Shown in pieces: positions 1 through 13,800 of a stretch of 64,000 bases of DNA; the stretch's first letter is position 1; every line of letters starts with the position of its first letter. The DNA is from Lama guanicoe (Eukaryota): positions 994,826 to 1,058,825 of the forward strand of contig MU053561.1 of the NCBI GenBank assembly GCA_013239625.1, written 5' to 3'. The translations under genes and the position numbers were made by a program. The notes below the pieces were generated by a model, which had not been told where the DNA came from, ran no database searches, and saw only the letters and a list, made by a program, of their open reading frames with translations.

Positions 1-1507
1 GTAGAAGCCTCTGAGACAGGGTTGAGTTCTTAAGCCATAGTTTTGGGGAGGGGGCAAATGCAGGCTTCCCAACGTGACTGGCTTTTCTTTGACTTTAATG
101 CACGGAAATCTCAGTGTCTGCAATGTGGTGGATACGTATTGAATTTGATCTAAAACCTCCTCATCCTAAATCCCCTCATACAGTGAAATTCAGGGGAAAC
201 GTTAACTGCTCTGTTTTACCCATTCCCTTCTCCATTCACGACGGGATGGATGGAATCTTATTGGTAATTGATTCAAAATGGAACAGCTTAGAAACATATC
301 AGTTGCAGTGACGAGCAATTCGTGCATTTCTAAGTACTGTTGACTTTTTTTTCAAACTCAGCAATCACAGCTGAAATCCCTTTGCCATGGATTGAATTTA
401 CAAAGGAGGAGATTCTGATTTCCACAGTGGCTTCCTTCTAATGCCCAAGGATTAGGAAACTGCCTTGAGGACCCACAGCAAGTACACTCGCTCTCAGAGT
501 CGCGGCTTTAACTTTAACCTCTGAGTGACTGCTCTAATTCATTTATTTTGGAACAGCTCTATTTAGAGCAGCCTAGTTCAGTATGCGGTCAGTTATTTGC
601 AGAAATCTCGCATCCCGATAAACTCTTACACCTTGAACTCCTTCACTCTTCTGACACAATTTAAGTGGATATGACCCCAGCAGTGAGTTTCAGGAGACTT
701 AACAATGTGTTTCGAGGTTTTGTGATCGACCTGTTCACTGTCTTTCTGTCATCCTTTACTCCCTATACCCCACCTCCCTGTCCCCGAGTAACCTTCCTCT
801 CTTAGGAAGTCTGATGCCTTCAACAGGGATTTGGAGAAAAACTACAATGCTCCCCACCCCTCCAAACCGATTTTGGTGTGTGAACTGTTAATCTGTTTCT
901 TGGCTATTTAACTGTAAAGTCAATCATCTCCCTGTCTGTCTTGCACAGTGATAGAAGAGTGGCCTTTAGAAGCTAAAAAGAGAAAAATGTCAGGTCAGTC
1001 TCTGTTTTAAAGCTTGACTTTCTCCTAGTGCTCACCTCACTCTGTGCTGCGGTGATTGATGAGATTTGATATGCTCTTGCAGCAACAGAAGCTTATGAAT
1101 CTCTGGGCCCCTTTTCTTCCCCAAGCAACCCACGTGGACCCAAACTCTTGAAACAGAGAGAAGAGGAATGCTACAGTCTTGGGGGACCTACAGGGTCTCA
1201 TCCATGAGATCTGTCCATTGAGAAAGGTAGATGCTGCAAGGTATGAAACCAGCCAGGCCTTGGCCATTTCAATTTTCCTTCAGTGTTTGGAGCACTAGTT
1301 GCCTGACCAGCCTTCATCCTGGGAATGTTAGATGCCATCTGGTGCAACTGTGCATTACCCAGATTAAACTGTGACATCACAGAGATTTAAGGCATCTCTG
1401 TGATATTCTGACTGGGTGGTAGGTACTGCAGGAGGCACTTCCTACAGACACAGGGCAATTTGACTGCTGTAGGCGTGAGCAGAGAGTAAACCAAGCCCTG
1501 GTGAGTG

Positions 1508-1543
1508 AGTGTGTGTGTGTGCGTGTGTGTGTGTGTGTGTGTG
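1508..1543. repeat. (GT)n microsatellite
   Basis: Run of gt dinucleotides with one gc interruption. Confidence 0.95.
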
Positions 1544-2029
1544 GTGGGGAGGGCTGGGGGGCGGCTGGTGGGGTGTTACGGAGAGCTGGGTGTAACGGTT
1601 CCCCGGCCTGCGTGGGTGAATTGGTTCCGGATGTTAACATTTTTTCCTTGGGGCTTGACTGCATTCTTCTTTTTCTTTGCTTGTCTGTTTTCCTGCCCAA
1701 ATTGTTAGGCCTCCACAGCTGTGTGGTTCATTGCTGGTGCGTGTTGAGAATGACAGATCTGACTTTAATGCAAGGGCAACTTGGGGGCATGTGTATAGGT
1801 AGACGTTTGAGGCGTTTTCATCCAGCATCTTTTCTGAAATTTTAGGGTTTTTTTTTTTTGTCCATCATCTTGCCAGCTGGGCACCAACCCTGTATTGCAC
1901 TGGATGGCCTCTGTTGGGGAATGAGTACGAAATGCTATAGAAAGCAGACCTTGCTTCATATTCTAGAAGCAGAAGAAACCGGCTGGTGTGGGCAACTAAG
2001 ACAGCGGATGGAGGCGAGAGAGGCCGGAT

Positions 2030-2250
2030 TGCACAGCAGAGAAGAGTGTGGGATCCGGGTCAGGGAGACATGACTTGTGCACAGAGTTCTGGCTACGTGA
2101 TGAGCTCGGGCGAGTGACTTACCCCTGTGCTTCAGGTGTGTGCATGTAAAGTGAAGGTGATGGTACCTGCGGCAGGGCCGCTGTGAGCATGGAGGTAACA
2201 GATGCAAAGTGCTTGGCACAGTGCCAGGCCCATAGGCTGTGCTCGGTTTT
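2030..2250 (+). mobile_element. MIR SINE relic
   Basis: Degenerate MIR core and tail: ...tgtaaagtgaaggtgatggtacctg...aaagtgcttggcacagtgccaggcccatagg...gctc. Boundaries approximate. Confidence 0.75.
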
Positions 2251-2406
2251 ACTGTGCCCACAGTCATACTTTGGATAAATTGAGAACAAGAAACTCTTTG
2301 GTGTTCTTAAGAGAAACCTTTTGGTGAGTGTCAGACACAGGATTGTCCCAAACGATCCTTCTTAGCTTACCTCCACTTCTGCCCTATTCCCTTCACACTG
2401 GCTGAC

Positions 2407-2988
2407 TTTTTTTTTTAATTGACATGTTGATTTGATACATTTATATATTGAAATGCAATTACCACCTATTGTGGTGAAAACATTTAAGATCTAGTCTCAG
2501 GCACTTTAAGGTATGTAACTCAGCATTGTTGACTATAATCACAGTGCTGTGCATATTAGCTCTCCAGAACTAATTCATCTTCTAACTGCAAGTTTGTACC
2601 CTTTAACTAATATCTCCTTAATTACCCCCTCACCACCCTGGTAATCACCATTCTACTGTTTCTATGAGTTCATCTTTTAAAAAATACAGCATATAGGTGA
2701 AATTATACAATATTTGTCTTTCTCTAACTTATTTCACTTAGCATAATATCCTCAAGTTCCGTTCACGTGGCAAATGGTAGAATTTCCTTCTTTCTCCTGG
2801 CTGAATAATATTCATATATATATATACATATATATATATACACACACACACATGTATATTTAGATATTCATTTCTTTATCCATTCATCTGTTGATGGACA
2901 TCTGTTATGCACCATACCTTAGCTATGGTGCATAATACTGCAATAAACATGGGCATGCAGATATCTTTTTGGGATAGTGCATTTCCTT
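2407..2988 (-). mobile_element. Old LINE-1 3' end fragment (L1MA-like) with internal (TA)/(CA) repeat
   Basis: Poly-T followed by L1 3' motifs (cttatttcacttagcataat, ctttatccattcatctgttgatggaca, aatactgcaataaacatggg). Confidence 0.85.
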
Positions 2989-5900
2989 GGACACAGACTA
3001 ACTTTTCATCATCCTCCATGCAGTGGCTCCCTCTCCTCCTTCTTTCTAGAGTACTTTCCTCTTTCTCCTTCCCTAAAAATTCTTCTGAAGAAAGCTTATC
3101 CTACTTTCAAGACCCATCTTAAGCACCTAATATAACAGAAATCGTCCAAGATGAAAAGAACAATTTGATATAAATGTTAATTGACATGATGCACAGATTC
3201 AAACATACGATGACTTCAGAGGAAAAAAAAATCTACACATTTCCCTGCAGAGCTCACATACAGTTTGGGTATTGCCAGAAGGGAAGGACATTCTCAGAGG
3301 TCACCAACTTTATCTTCCCTTGGAGTCTGCCATGGGGAACTGCTCTTTTAGGGGTCTCTATCATTTCCTTTCAAAATGGTGCCAGTGTGCTTCTGCGATT
3401 TTATAGTCCCAAGGGAGTCTCAGCTACATAACCTGCAACTCTCAAAGGTGTAGCCAAGATGGTAAAAATACAGGGATCCCTCACTGGCCATCATCATCAG
3501 AAAGCTCCTACTGATGGGGGGAGTGGTCTTCACTGAGTAATCTGATTAGACCCATTTGTGAGCAAGGCTCTTGTCCTGCCTTTGGCTCCACTGAATCCCT
3601 GAAGTCTTCACATTGCCAGCAGGGCAGTAATTTGAATTTAGTCCTTTCTTTCCATGGCAGGATATACACCTGTTGTCTTCTTCGTGTCCTGTGAGATTGG
3701 CGTTAACTTTTAGACTCTTGGGCAATGGCTGCCTGTAGCCCAGGAGACAGTGACTGGCTGTCTCTCTGTGTTCTGGGCCATCTCTGTGCACGAGTACACA
3801 CATAACACTCTCAAAAAAGCATCACAGTGCTCTTGATTGATCTCTTCTACATTTTAAAATCAGTCACTGAAAAGGGGGTAAAGCAGAAGCCTGTAGAAAT
3901 CAATACTTTGTACCTTTCTTGTGACAGTTAATACATTTTGCCTTGAACGGTAACTTTTTGGAGGGCCTAACTGTTTTGTAAGCTGACTAGACTGGAAAAC
4001 CCTGGAGAGCACTGTGTCTTCGTCAGCCCTGAACCCCTGTCAGCCCTCCACGAACATTTGCTAGACTGAATTGATAGTTGTCAAACTGTAGTGGTGGGTG
4101 TGGTAACCACTGCAGCCACTTTACAGATGATTTGGCTTCAAGATGGTCCTGGAGGCCCAGCGTGAGGGGGTTGCCAGTTGCCTCTAGGTGTGACCTTGGA
4201 CGTGTCACTTGATAACTCTGTGCTCTCAAGTCTCTATCGCTAATGGAGATAAGACCTCTGGATTTCAGTAAGAAAGGAAAGAATAGCTGACTGTGCTATT
4301 AACAAGACATTGTTGTGGCTGGGATTTGCGGAACGCCCCCCGCATGGACTCTGTTTTGGAGCTGTCCCCTGATGAGCCATCAGCAACGAGAAGCACAAGT
4401 CGTTTGGGGGAGTGACCCTGCCTCATCCTACCCGACTTGTTTCAGGCCTTACGTCCACAGCGGCCTCTGTTTTCTGCGCCCACAAGGGAGAAAAAGAAAT
4501 AGAGTAAAAGGCAACCTGAAAATCTGAAAATCCCCAGTGTTAAACAGAAGTGCAAAAACATCTCTAAATGGAAGACAGATCGCCCGAGTTTGCCTGAGAC
4601 AGTAGAGTTGGGGTTAGCTGAAGCAGAACGATCGCAGTTCTTCCCACCAGCCATGGGGAGATGTGAGCGAACTGACTGGAGGTCTCCCAGCTCGGAGCTC
4701 AGCACCATGGTGGGAAAGAGGGTGACTCCTCGGGGAAAAATGGAGAGACCCCTCCGACACACAAGGCAACATTTGGGTAAGATGGAGGGCTGAGAAATGT
4801 GAGGCAGTTCTGTGATTGCGCTACTCAGGACTGGCACAGTCATAAAGAGTCAGGGGCTCAGATGGACAAGGAAGGGGCCAGGGACTTCCTGGTACCTGTC
4901 AAATTACATATAAAATCCTTAGTGCTGTCCTGGGTCTGACTCAGATCATCAAGGAGAAAAACAGCCTCACTTTGTTATTCCCTTTCACTCTTTGTGTCTT
5001 ATAACCCGCCTTACTGCTGTGGGGAGCTGGAACTTGCTTTAGAGGAAAAGGCTCTCCAAACCTGGCTTTGTTTGGGCTCTTGGTTACCATGCCCACCATG
5101 GTGGCTGACTGGTGGGACTGACCCTGGATCACTGTGGGTTCTGCAGGGCTGGTGGCTTTCAAGCCATCATTAAATTCTAAACAAAGTGGAGTGGAGACAA
5201 ACTTACATGAAGGCTGATGGACCTGGGGTGGGTTGATGCCTGGAGCTCCAAATTGGGGGAAAAGAGAGCTTCTCCACAGTTGAGGTGTAAACAACAGGAT
5301 GACTCCGAGTCTGTCTTTCTCTAGTTGAATATCTTTGATCCTGAATCATGAGGATACTCCTGTAAGTTTGTGGGACCCTAAACGTGAATAGCCAACAGAC
5401 TCTAGGAATTACTGAATGCCCTGGTGTCTTTGGGGAACCCACCATTCCAACTTAGTGCTTATTCTAAATCCTCTTTAGAAAGGCAATATGACCTGGGAGC
5501 TCAGACTCAGGAGGGGTGCACATGACAACTTACCAAGATCTAGTCCTAGGTCATGCAGTATCCTATTTGCATATCTCTGAAGAACAACTGGGCTCTTCAA
5601 ACATGGAAGTGCATCCTCATGAGTCTATGTTGCCCATACGAGGCTTGAAGTTCATTATTCATTCACAGACATCCTGATAATTAACTAAATGATAAGCTTC
5701 CCTTAAGATCTCTCACAGTCAGAAGGTCAGGATCCATTAACACAGAGAGTCAGCCCGGAAGGTCACCACTGTGTGGTCCCTGTGATAATCACTTCTGTTT
5801 CACAAAGGTGCGAACCCTATTGGGTGAAGAAGGAGGTGGGATGGTCTTGAGTTACAGGGTACTGGGAGAGGCCTCGCCTTTGAGCTGCACTAGGTACAGG

Positions 5901-7214
5901 GAGTGAGTACAGTTGTCCAGGATGCCAAGGAACTTGGTGCAAATACTCTGGGGAAAGTGGTGTTTTGATCACTGTGCCAGTGCCTTTCGTGACTTATAAG
6001 ACAGCCTAACCCAGATCTTATTAACCATCCCTATCAGGTGATGTAGTGATAATGACATTTGGGGCCATTGTGTCTTAGAGAAATCCCCAAACTGATTTTT
6101 TAATCCCACGCACATTTATTCTTTTCAAAAAAGCTCGAAGCACCTGATAACTCAAGATTGAATGTGCAGCTTGGTGCCTTTATCTGGAAGGGGGTCTGGG
6201 CAAACAGGGAAGCTCCCTGTGCTTGACTCAGGGACTGTGTTCTTTACAGACTGTAATCCAACATCCACATCACATGCTTCTCTAGAGATGGCAAGTGTGG
6301 CCCTTTTCCACCTGCCCAACCAGAACCACCAGTCCTCTAACTAGTTTCCACGCTTAAAGCTTCTGGGTCTTTCCTTCTTAATCTGGCAGCATTAACGAAA
6401 TAGCCAGTTTATATACGAGTGCAAAATATTATCAGCACCAATTCTTCTGATATCTGAGTAGTCTCTGTAAATAAATTTATACTTAATTTTAACCAGTGGG
6501 ACTCATAGCTACATGTTGCTATACTTCACTTTTTGAAATATATGAATTTTCGCCAAATGTGTACACAGACTCTTTGGCTGATAAGCTTACTTTTCAATAT
6601 ATGAAAGATGTTTGTTGTTTTTAGGTGTTGTTGAGTAAAATGCTATAAGGGCAAAGAAAAATCCATTGAGGAAATGAAGCCAAATTGCTATCACTTTGGT
6701 AATGCCAAATTTTCATAAACCAAATTTGCTCAAAGTAAGTCATATCTTCCTTTAACAGATTCTGTATTTTTTGCTGGGGCTTGAAAATGGGCTCCTTTTG
6801 TATACTTGATGACTGGGATTTTATCTCCTGCATTGCCAAATTCACAGATCCAGTGTATTTCTAAGTGAAAATAAAAGTGTCTATTTTCAGTGTCTATTTT
6901 AAGAAAAATTCAAAATTCTTTACAGAAGTCAACTTTTCAATATTAAGTTACGACTGGGTAAAGGCCCTATTTCTATTCTCGGAATAGAATAGTGAATGGA
7001 GAGGCTCCTTTAAGGGACAAATATCAGGTACCTACTATGAGTAACAGACACCTGGCAGTCCAGGTCCCTCATTTACCCTCTCTGCACCCTTGTTCCTCCA
7101 TGGACGTGGGGGAGAACGTAGCGTGCCAGCCAGCTCCTTTCAGAACTAGTGGAAAATAGCCTTGTATATTAGAGATGGGCTCTGCTTTTATTATTGTTCC
7201 CTTTCAGATAATTT

Positions 7215-7530
7215 AAAAAACATTTTATTATGAACATTTCTCAACAGGACAGTACCATGAACCTTGATGAACTCATCCTCCGCCTTCAATGCCATCAATA
7301 TCTTTGATTGTCCCCGTTTCTCTTTTTACTTTCTTGCTGGTGCATTTTAAAGCAAATCTTAGACTTTAAGTCATTTCACCACAAAGTAATTTAGTACTTG
7401 GGTAGACCTCAAAGAAGGGTCATTTTTCTGACCTAAATACAATGTCATCACCATATACAGCATGATTAAAACCAATTTCTTGATCATTTGTGTTCAGTCT
7501 ATAATCAGCTTTCCTTGATTTGTCCAGAAA
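7215..7530 (-). mobile_element. Ancient LINE-1 3' UTR fragment (L1MC/L1ME-like)
   Basis: ttttattatgaacatttc...ttttaaagcaaatcttaga...tcatttcacc pattern typical of old L1 3' UTRs. Highly diverged. Confidence 0.5.
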
Positions 7531-7629
7531 TTGTTAAGCCCCCATGGCCATCAACCTTCTTCCTCTGATTTGCCTCCTTGGTTCTTTTAATGACACCACA
7601 CATCAGACAAGGTTCTAGATTAGGCTGTC

Positions 7630-7790
7630 TGCTTATGTACCTGGGGGTGAGTTCCCAGGATAGATTCTGGGACCCCAATCCATAGACCCCTTTCAGGAGA
7701 TCAGGATGGGGAGGAGGAGGAGGTGAAGTCTGTGTTTTAGAAAAGTCCTCAGATGACTTTGATGGGCAACAGGTATGGAAACCACTCTTT
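7630..7790. mobile_element. MER5-like hAT DNA transposon relic
   Basis: gattctgggacccca...ctgtgttttagaaaagtcctcagatgactttgatg...ggaaaccact resembles the MER5A end. Confidence 0.45.
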
Positions 7791-10104
7791 TTTCCTTAGA
7801 GATGCCTGGGATTGGTTAGTGCTCATTTGGCCTATGAAATGAGTGCTCTGGAACCTGTATCTTAAAAATTATTTTAACAATTCTGCCAGCACCCAAATAA
7901 ATGTCATAACTGAGAACATTCGTTATTGTAGCAAGGACAGAAAATTACTTTTTGTTTTAACAGGAATGACTTGTGGCTGTTGAAATAACGTGGGGCAGTA
8001 AGTAAGATCTGATTACAAGCTCCCTAGGCAAATGAGGCTCAGGATGTTTTTCTGGTTGTGGCAAATACAACTTGTTATTTTATAGAGGTCATGGAAAATG
8101 AAACTCCTTCAGGGTTTAAACACTGGCAACAGAATACCATTCTGGAAGTGAATTAAATTAGAATTAAATTTAATTTTATGCAGGTTAACTCGGGGAGCTC
8201 TGCCCAACATTTGCAACTCTTAGAATGATACTGAGACCTGAATGAAACACCATGTTGAATTTAACACAAGTTTAAAAGTGAAACATTTGGTTAACGTTTT
8301 CCTTTGTCCACATGGCTTTAAACAACTGCTTTGTCTTCCATTTATCTGTCTCCTTCACTTGACTGATGGCTAGGATCCTCCACTGAATTGGCAGATGAGC
8401 TGCTGTTTTGATGGAATGGCAGCTTAGTCTGTCAGGCACATGGAGAACATAAACCCAGAGCTCGATGGTGGTAAACATATTATGTGAAGTTATTTCGATT
8501 GAAATATTGCCTAATAATGCTGCTACTTACAGGTCATTTCTTTACTTTTTACCCAGTGTTCCTACCGCTGTGAAATCTGAAATGACTACAAATTGTGGGG
8601 CCATTTTTGGTTCTTTAGTTTTTGAAATTATTCAGTGAGAGGTTTGATTAAGTCCAAAGAACAGTAAACAAATATGTCTATTAACCTTCTGTTACCAAAA
8701 AAAATCACTACTAGTCCCTTGCAGATTCCATAACAAATAAATGTGCCGTTTAGTGGGCAGTTGTCATCAGTCTGCCTGCCTTGGTACTTGGTGAGTCTGT
8801 TTCTGAAGGTCGATGCTGTATCACAGGGTCAACCTTTCCGTTGTTCTCCAGTGCTGCTTCTCTTATACCTCTAATCGCGTACGGTAGTGATGATATTAGA
8901 GTACAATCATTTGTTCGCATACCCCCTTGACTAGACCTGGCATTTCCCACAGGTCTAGTGGAATCTCTCTTTACCTTTGTATCACCAGTCCTCGCACCAC
9001 CCCTGCCTCGCAGTAAGTGCTTAATATATTTGCATGGCAATTGGCAATTAATTCATTAATCATGGAATTAATCATAACCTTGTGTTTTGTTTGCTTTACT
9101 TTCTTGACCAAACAAACCAACTGACCAGACAATTTAGCCAAACTGCTGACTTTTCACAAAAAAAATATCATCAGTGTAATACTGCTAGTATTTTTCATTT
9201 GTCTAGCAGTTTATTTTCTCAGAGCATTGTCTGTCCTAGAATGGAAGATCATGACAATCTCATTTAAGTCTCTCGGAAACACCCAAAATGGAGCCACTAG
9301 TCATCTTATTTTATTTCATTTTATTTTGAATCAGTCTACAATCATTTCCTTTAATTCTTCTGTGCTAATGTCAATCATCATCATCATGGGTCAACAGAAA
9401 TAAACTGTCAGAAATCCAACCATGTCATACTCAGCAGCACGACTACTCATCTGGTTTTAGTGGTGGAGGAACAGATGAAGACCAGCTGCCCAAGATCACA
9501 GCCGGGTCTGAGCCGAGTTCTGGGGTGGAGCTGTCGATTTTCCATGAACATTCTCCCCCCAGCCTTAGTCTCCCCTTACCCTGGGCAATGGCTGGGAGGT
9601 CAAAGATGAGCTGGAGGCACGCAGAATACTGTCTTACGCTCTGAGGGCCTTTGAAGGTGCAGTGGGATTTCCCCTGGTTCTGCTGAGGTCTGGCTGAGGG
9701 CTGGGCCTGGCCTGCAGGCATGATGGGGAGGGTTTCCTTCACTCTTTGGGGGAAGCCAGGGTTTCTGGGCCCAGACTGTCTTCCTGTATGTTTCCTCAGC
9801 TGCCGCCCAGTCAGCCCAGGAGCACCTGCTCTGTGCTATTTGTCAATTCCTTCTGAGTGATATGACCGTTAGGTACTTCCTGCTGGGGATGGGTCTCTGG
9901 TTACCGCTATACCTGTCTGCTTGGCAAGTGTGCTTACACGTTTTCCCTGACAGGCTGAATCAAAGCCTCAAAAATCACGAGATAGGTTCTATTCCCTCCC
10001 TCTTAAAGCACCCAGCCCACCTCTGTGTTTTTGATGATGTGTTTCCTGCAAGATTCCGTTCCTTAATAGGCTGTGACGGCTGTTACTCATTTTCTTTTGC
10101 TTAC

Positions 10105-10860
10105 AGATGAAAAAACCTCAAATAACTTTTACACGTATTAAACCATTCAAACAGCATAAAAAGTAATCACCTATGCCAAAAAGCGTAAAGTGAAAATTAA
10201 TCTCCCATCCCCTAGCTTCCATGTTTATCATCCCAGAATCAATCACTGTTACCACTCTGTTTTGCATCATTCCAGATACAGGTATAACGCATATGAATCA
10301 TTATATGAATGATGTGTATGAATCATTATTTACACTTAATACATGTGTGTATGTATCAACCTTTAAAATTAAAACACAAATTGTGGCATAATACACACAG
10401 CACTTTATGATGTTAGTTTCAAACTGTTATACTGGAGATTGTTAAATAGACATACTTACAGGTTCCCCACTTCCTGCTGTTTTAAAAGCCCCACAGTATT
10501 CCACTGTGTGGGTCGATCGTGATTTTTAGCCAAACTGTTTTAATGGACCTTGAGGTTGTTTTCAGTTACTTGCTTCTATAAATGAAGCTCCTTGATTATT
10601 TTGGGGCACTCTGGTGATATCACTTCTAGAATAACTTCTAGAAGTTGAGTTGTACAGTTGAAATTAAGTCATTTAAAATTTTGATGGATGTCAACCCAAA
10701 TTGCCTTCCAAAAATGGTTGTGCAATTTACATTTCCACCCATGGGGCATGATGGCGTATTTTCCCACCCACTTGCCAACAATATATTAGAAAATGTTTCC
10801 ATCTTTGCTAATATCCTTGTCTTTGAAAAAAAATGTTTCAAATTGATCTTCTCATAAATT
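10105..10860 (-). mobile_element. Ancient LINE-1 3' fragment (L1ME-like)
   Basis: Motifs cacagtattccactgtgtgg, aggttgttttcagtt, caaattgccttccaaaaatggttgtgcaatttacatttccacc. Confidence 0.7.
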
Positions 10861-13800
10861 CTTTTCGGCTCTGCCTGCAACTTCCCTAGTTTTTCAAGGT
10901 AGAGGACTTAAGTTTATAGGTCTGTAGGGCAATTCCTTCTTCCCTTTAAACAGGCATGGGGTTTTGTTTAATCTCTCAGGCTTCCCTGCTCCTCCATTTA
11001 TTACCAATCATTACTTTAACTTATTCTTTTAGGATCCTGGGGTATAAGTCGTCAGTGCCGGAGGCTTTTAAGGTGTCGAGTCAATAAGAAATGGCAGCAA
11101 ACATTTCTTGTTAGTGAGGGAGAGAATAAAAGGCATGTCACTCAGGGTTTCTGGGTGCAACTTTGGTTCAATTATCTTCAGATGTTTAAAATCAAGGCTG
11201 TTTCCAGACCATTTCAAAGAACAGCAGGGCAACCTGCTGAGACCTGTGTGAAATGAACACCCTGTTACAACTAATTAGTGTTACTGTTTTCCTTGCAGTT
11301 GGGGGTGAGAGGAAATATATGAAGGGTGTTTATCCCTTCCTGTAGTAGAAAGCGTTGGAACCACTGGAATAGCCTGGAGGGGGACCCAGAGTGTGATTCC
11401 TTCATGGCCGTTCCCACCTTTCTCCCAAGAACGGCTATGAGCAGTTCTGTTCCATGCTGCTTGCTCGATCCCAGTGCTTCTGCCTTCTTTGACCCATGCA
11501 CAAGCTCTTCAGGTTGTTTTTATAAGACGCCTAAGACAAATGGTCCATTCAGTTCAATTCCACAGCTATTTATTGAACACTTACAATGTGTAGGAGTAGT
11601 CTCTGCCCTGAGGACTTCCAAATCTAGACACAAAGAATAAATGAGTAGCTATTTAGGGCCCCTGCAAGATTTGAGGATAGTAGTTATAAGCTTTAAATTG
11701 GTTTGAATTGTGGTTTTGTCCCTTACTGGCTCTGGAAACGGGGGGGTTGCTTAATTCCTCTTGACTTAAACTTTCTTAACTATTAAGGTCTGTTATAAGA
11801 ATTACATAGTCATTCGTAGTTAGTGATCAGTTAATGTCAGCCTATGTTTTGTCATCAGGGCTACGCTGTAGGAAGTGCCATGCGACAGCAGTAAGATGAT
11901 AAAGTGTAGAATGGGGAAAGATAGGAATGGGGAGATCAGAATTTAGTCAGGATAGGTTCTGTCCCATGGCAATGACACATAGACTCTGAGCGATGCTCCT
12001 TTGCCCTAGCAGAGACGGACTTTATCCCAGCTAGCGCTGTGTACGCATAGAGCATGCTCTCCAACACAGCAGCACCTGCTCAGTTTCAGTGGAGGGAACG
12101 ACTCATAGTTTAATCATAGCAGTAGTTCACTGACTCATTCAACAAGCATTCACCTAGGCAGATAGACTACTAGGTGCCGGGAGGCAGAAAGATGAATACA
12201 TACGATCCCTGCTCTCAAAAAGGCAGACATGCAAACAGATAAATGTCATACAAGGTGATGCGTGCTCCGGCAGAGTGTGTGCTCTGTACAGAGCACAGAG
12301 CAGGCATGCCTGACCCTGCCTGGCTTGGGAAGGAGCCGGGAAGTAAGTTTTAGTCTCCTGATTTCCACCAGGTTTCCCAGAAGCAGGGCCTGGAGGAAGG
12401 AAGACCTTGTATGAATTCCAGTCTCTGTGGGGCCACCCGTCTCCTGCTGTCCCACAGCCCAGTGCCACGGCCACCCCCTTGTGTTCCCAGTCTCTCCTGC
12501 AGGTCTCTGGCTGTGGCTGCCCAGAGTCCATGATAGCAGCAGTAACAAGTTGTTCCTCCCTCACACCAAGAGGACGGCTTGGGCCAAGTCCAGGATGATT
12601 GAATTGCACTTCCAGAGGCTTCTGTGTTGACCAGATCCTGGTTTCTCTCCTCCCTCCTCCCTGCAAAGCAAGGAGTAGCAAAAATGTGGTCTGACTGAGT
12701 CAGAGTGGCCACTTGTCCCTGTTTCCTCACAGCCGCTCAGCTTCGGAACACGAAAGCCTGATTCTGCAGGGAAGCTCTGCCGGCTCACACGCCAGCCTGC
12801 TCAGGAGGCTGTGTCATATCCTATAAATTACAACCCTGTGCCTCCTGTCCTGGCCTGCCTCCCTGCAGCCCTTCCTTCCATTGTCCAGTTTGGCCTCCTG
12901 GTCACCCGACCTTGTTCTGCAAACTTGGGTGCTTTGGGGGACTGGCTCCTTTTTCTGGGGTACTGGGAAGCTGACAACTGTGGATACCAAAGCCTGGAGA
13001 AACTCAGTCTTTGAATCTGGTCACTAAGCTGGTTAACCTCAAAGATGGGGGAGCTGGTGGCAAGGATGAACGTACAAGTGCAGTGAAGTGTTCTCTGGGG
13101 CTGATTCTCATCACTGTTTCCATTCAGTTGCAAAAATGCATTGGGCTCTTGAAACTAGAGCTTCAGGGTGTGAATCAGATGAAACCTGAACCATGTGGAA
13201 GGTGGCAAGTTTTCCAGGGCAAGCCTAGCGGGTGTACTTGGGCGAAAAGTCACGTCAGGCCCATAAACACAGCAAGGTAGAGAGGCCGCCAAAAGCAGAG
13301 GCAGAAATAGCTCAGGGGTCCCCATCTTGCCTCATTCAGACCCATCAGCTCTGGCCAGGCATTCCTCCTTCTTGCTCTGCCTTCTCTCTTTCTCTTCTTT
13401 GTTTTTCTTTCTCCGTTCAAGTTTCGTTGTGTTCCAGGGACTCTTGAGCTAGCCTAAAGGGCTGCCATTGTCTTACCAATCTCAGAGTTGCTGAGTCTTT
13501 CTTGGAGTGCAGGAGAGATGCAGAGAAGCTAGTCTCCCCCCAGGGCTTCTCAGGAAACGTGGCTCCCTGCTCCACCCCAAGGCAATGTATTCCAGGTGTC
13601 TGAACAAGGAGGAGAAACTGGCTCTTAACTCGAGTTTTAATCAGAGTGTTTTTGGATGTGTTGAATTTATTGCAGACATTTGTGTTTATCCTGGTTTTGA
13701 AGTCAGATTTCACCTCTTTCTCCTTTGCTCTTATAGGTGGCTCTCACTGCACACTGCACTGAGTTCATTCTCTGCTTAATAATAGTGAATTAGGAGACTG

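Noticed and set aside
1377..1845. ORFs with CVCVCV / HTHTHT runs
   Set aside because: Produced by the (GT)n repeat.
12154..12788. Longest ORF in the track (175 aa) and overlapping ORFs
   Set aside because: No recognisable domain, a non-ATG start, partial overlap with a probable L2 relic, and several frames open in GC-richer sequence as expected by chance.
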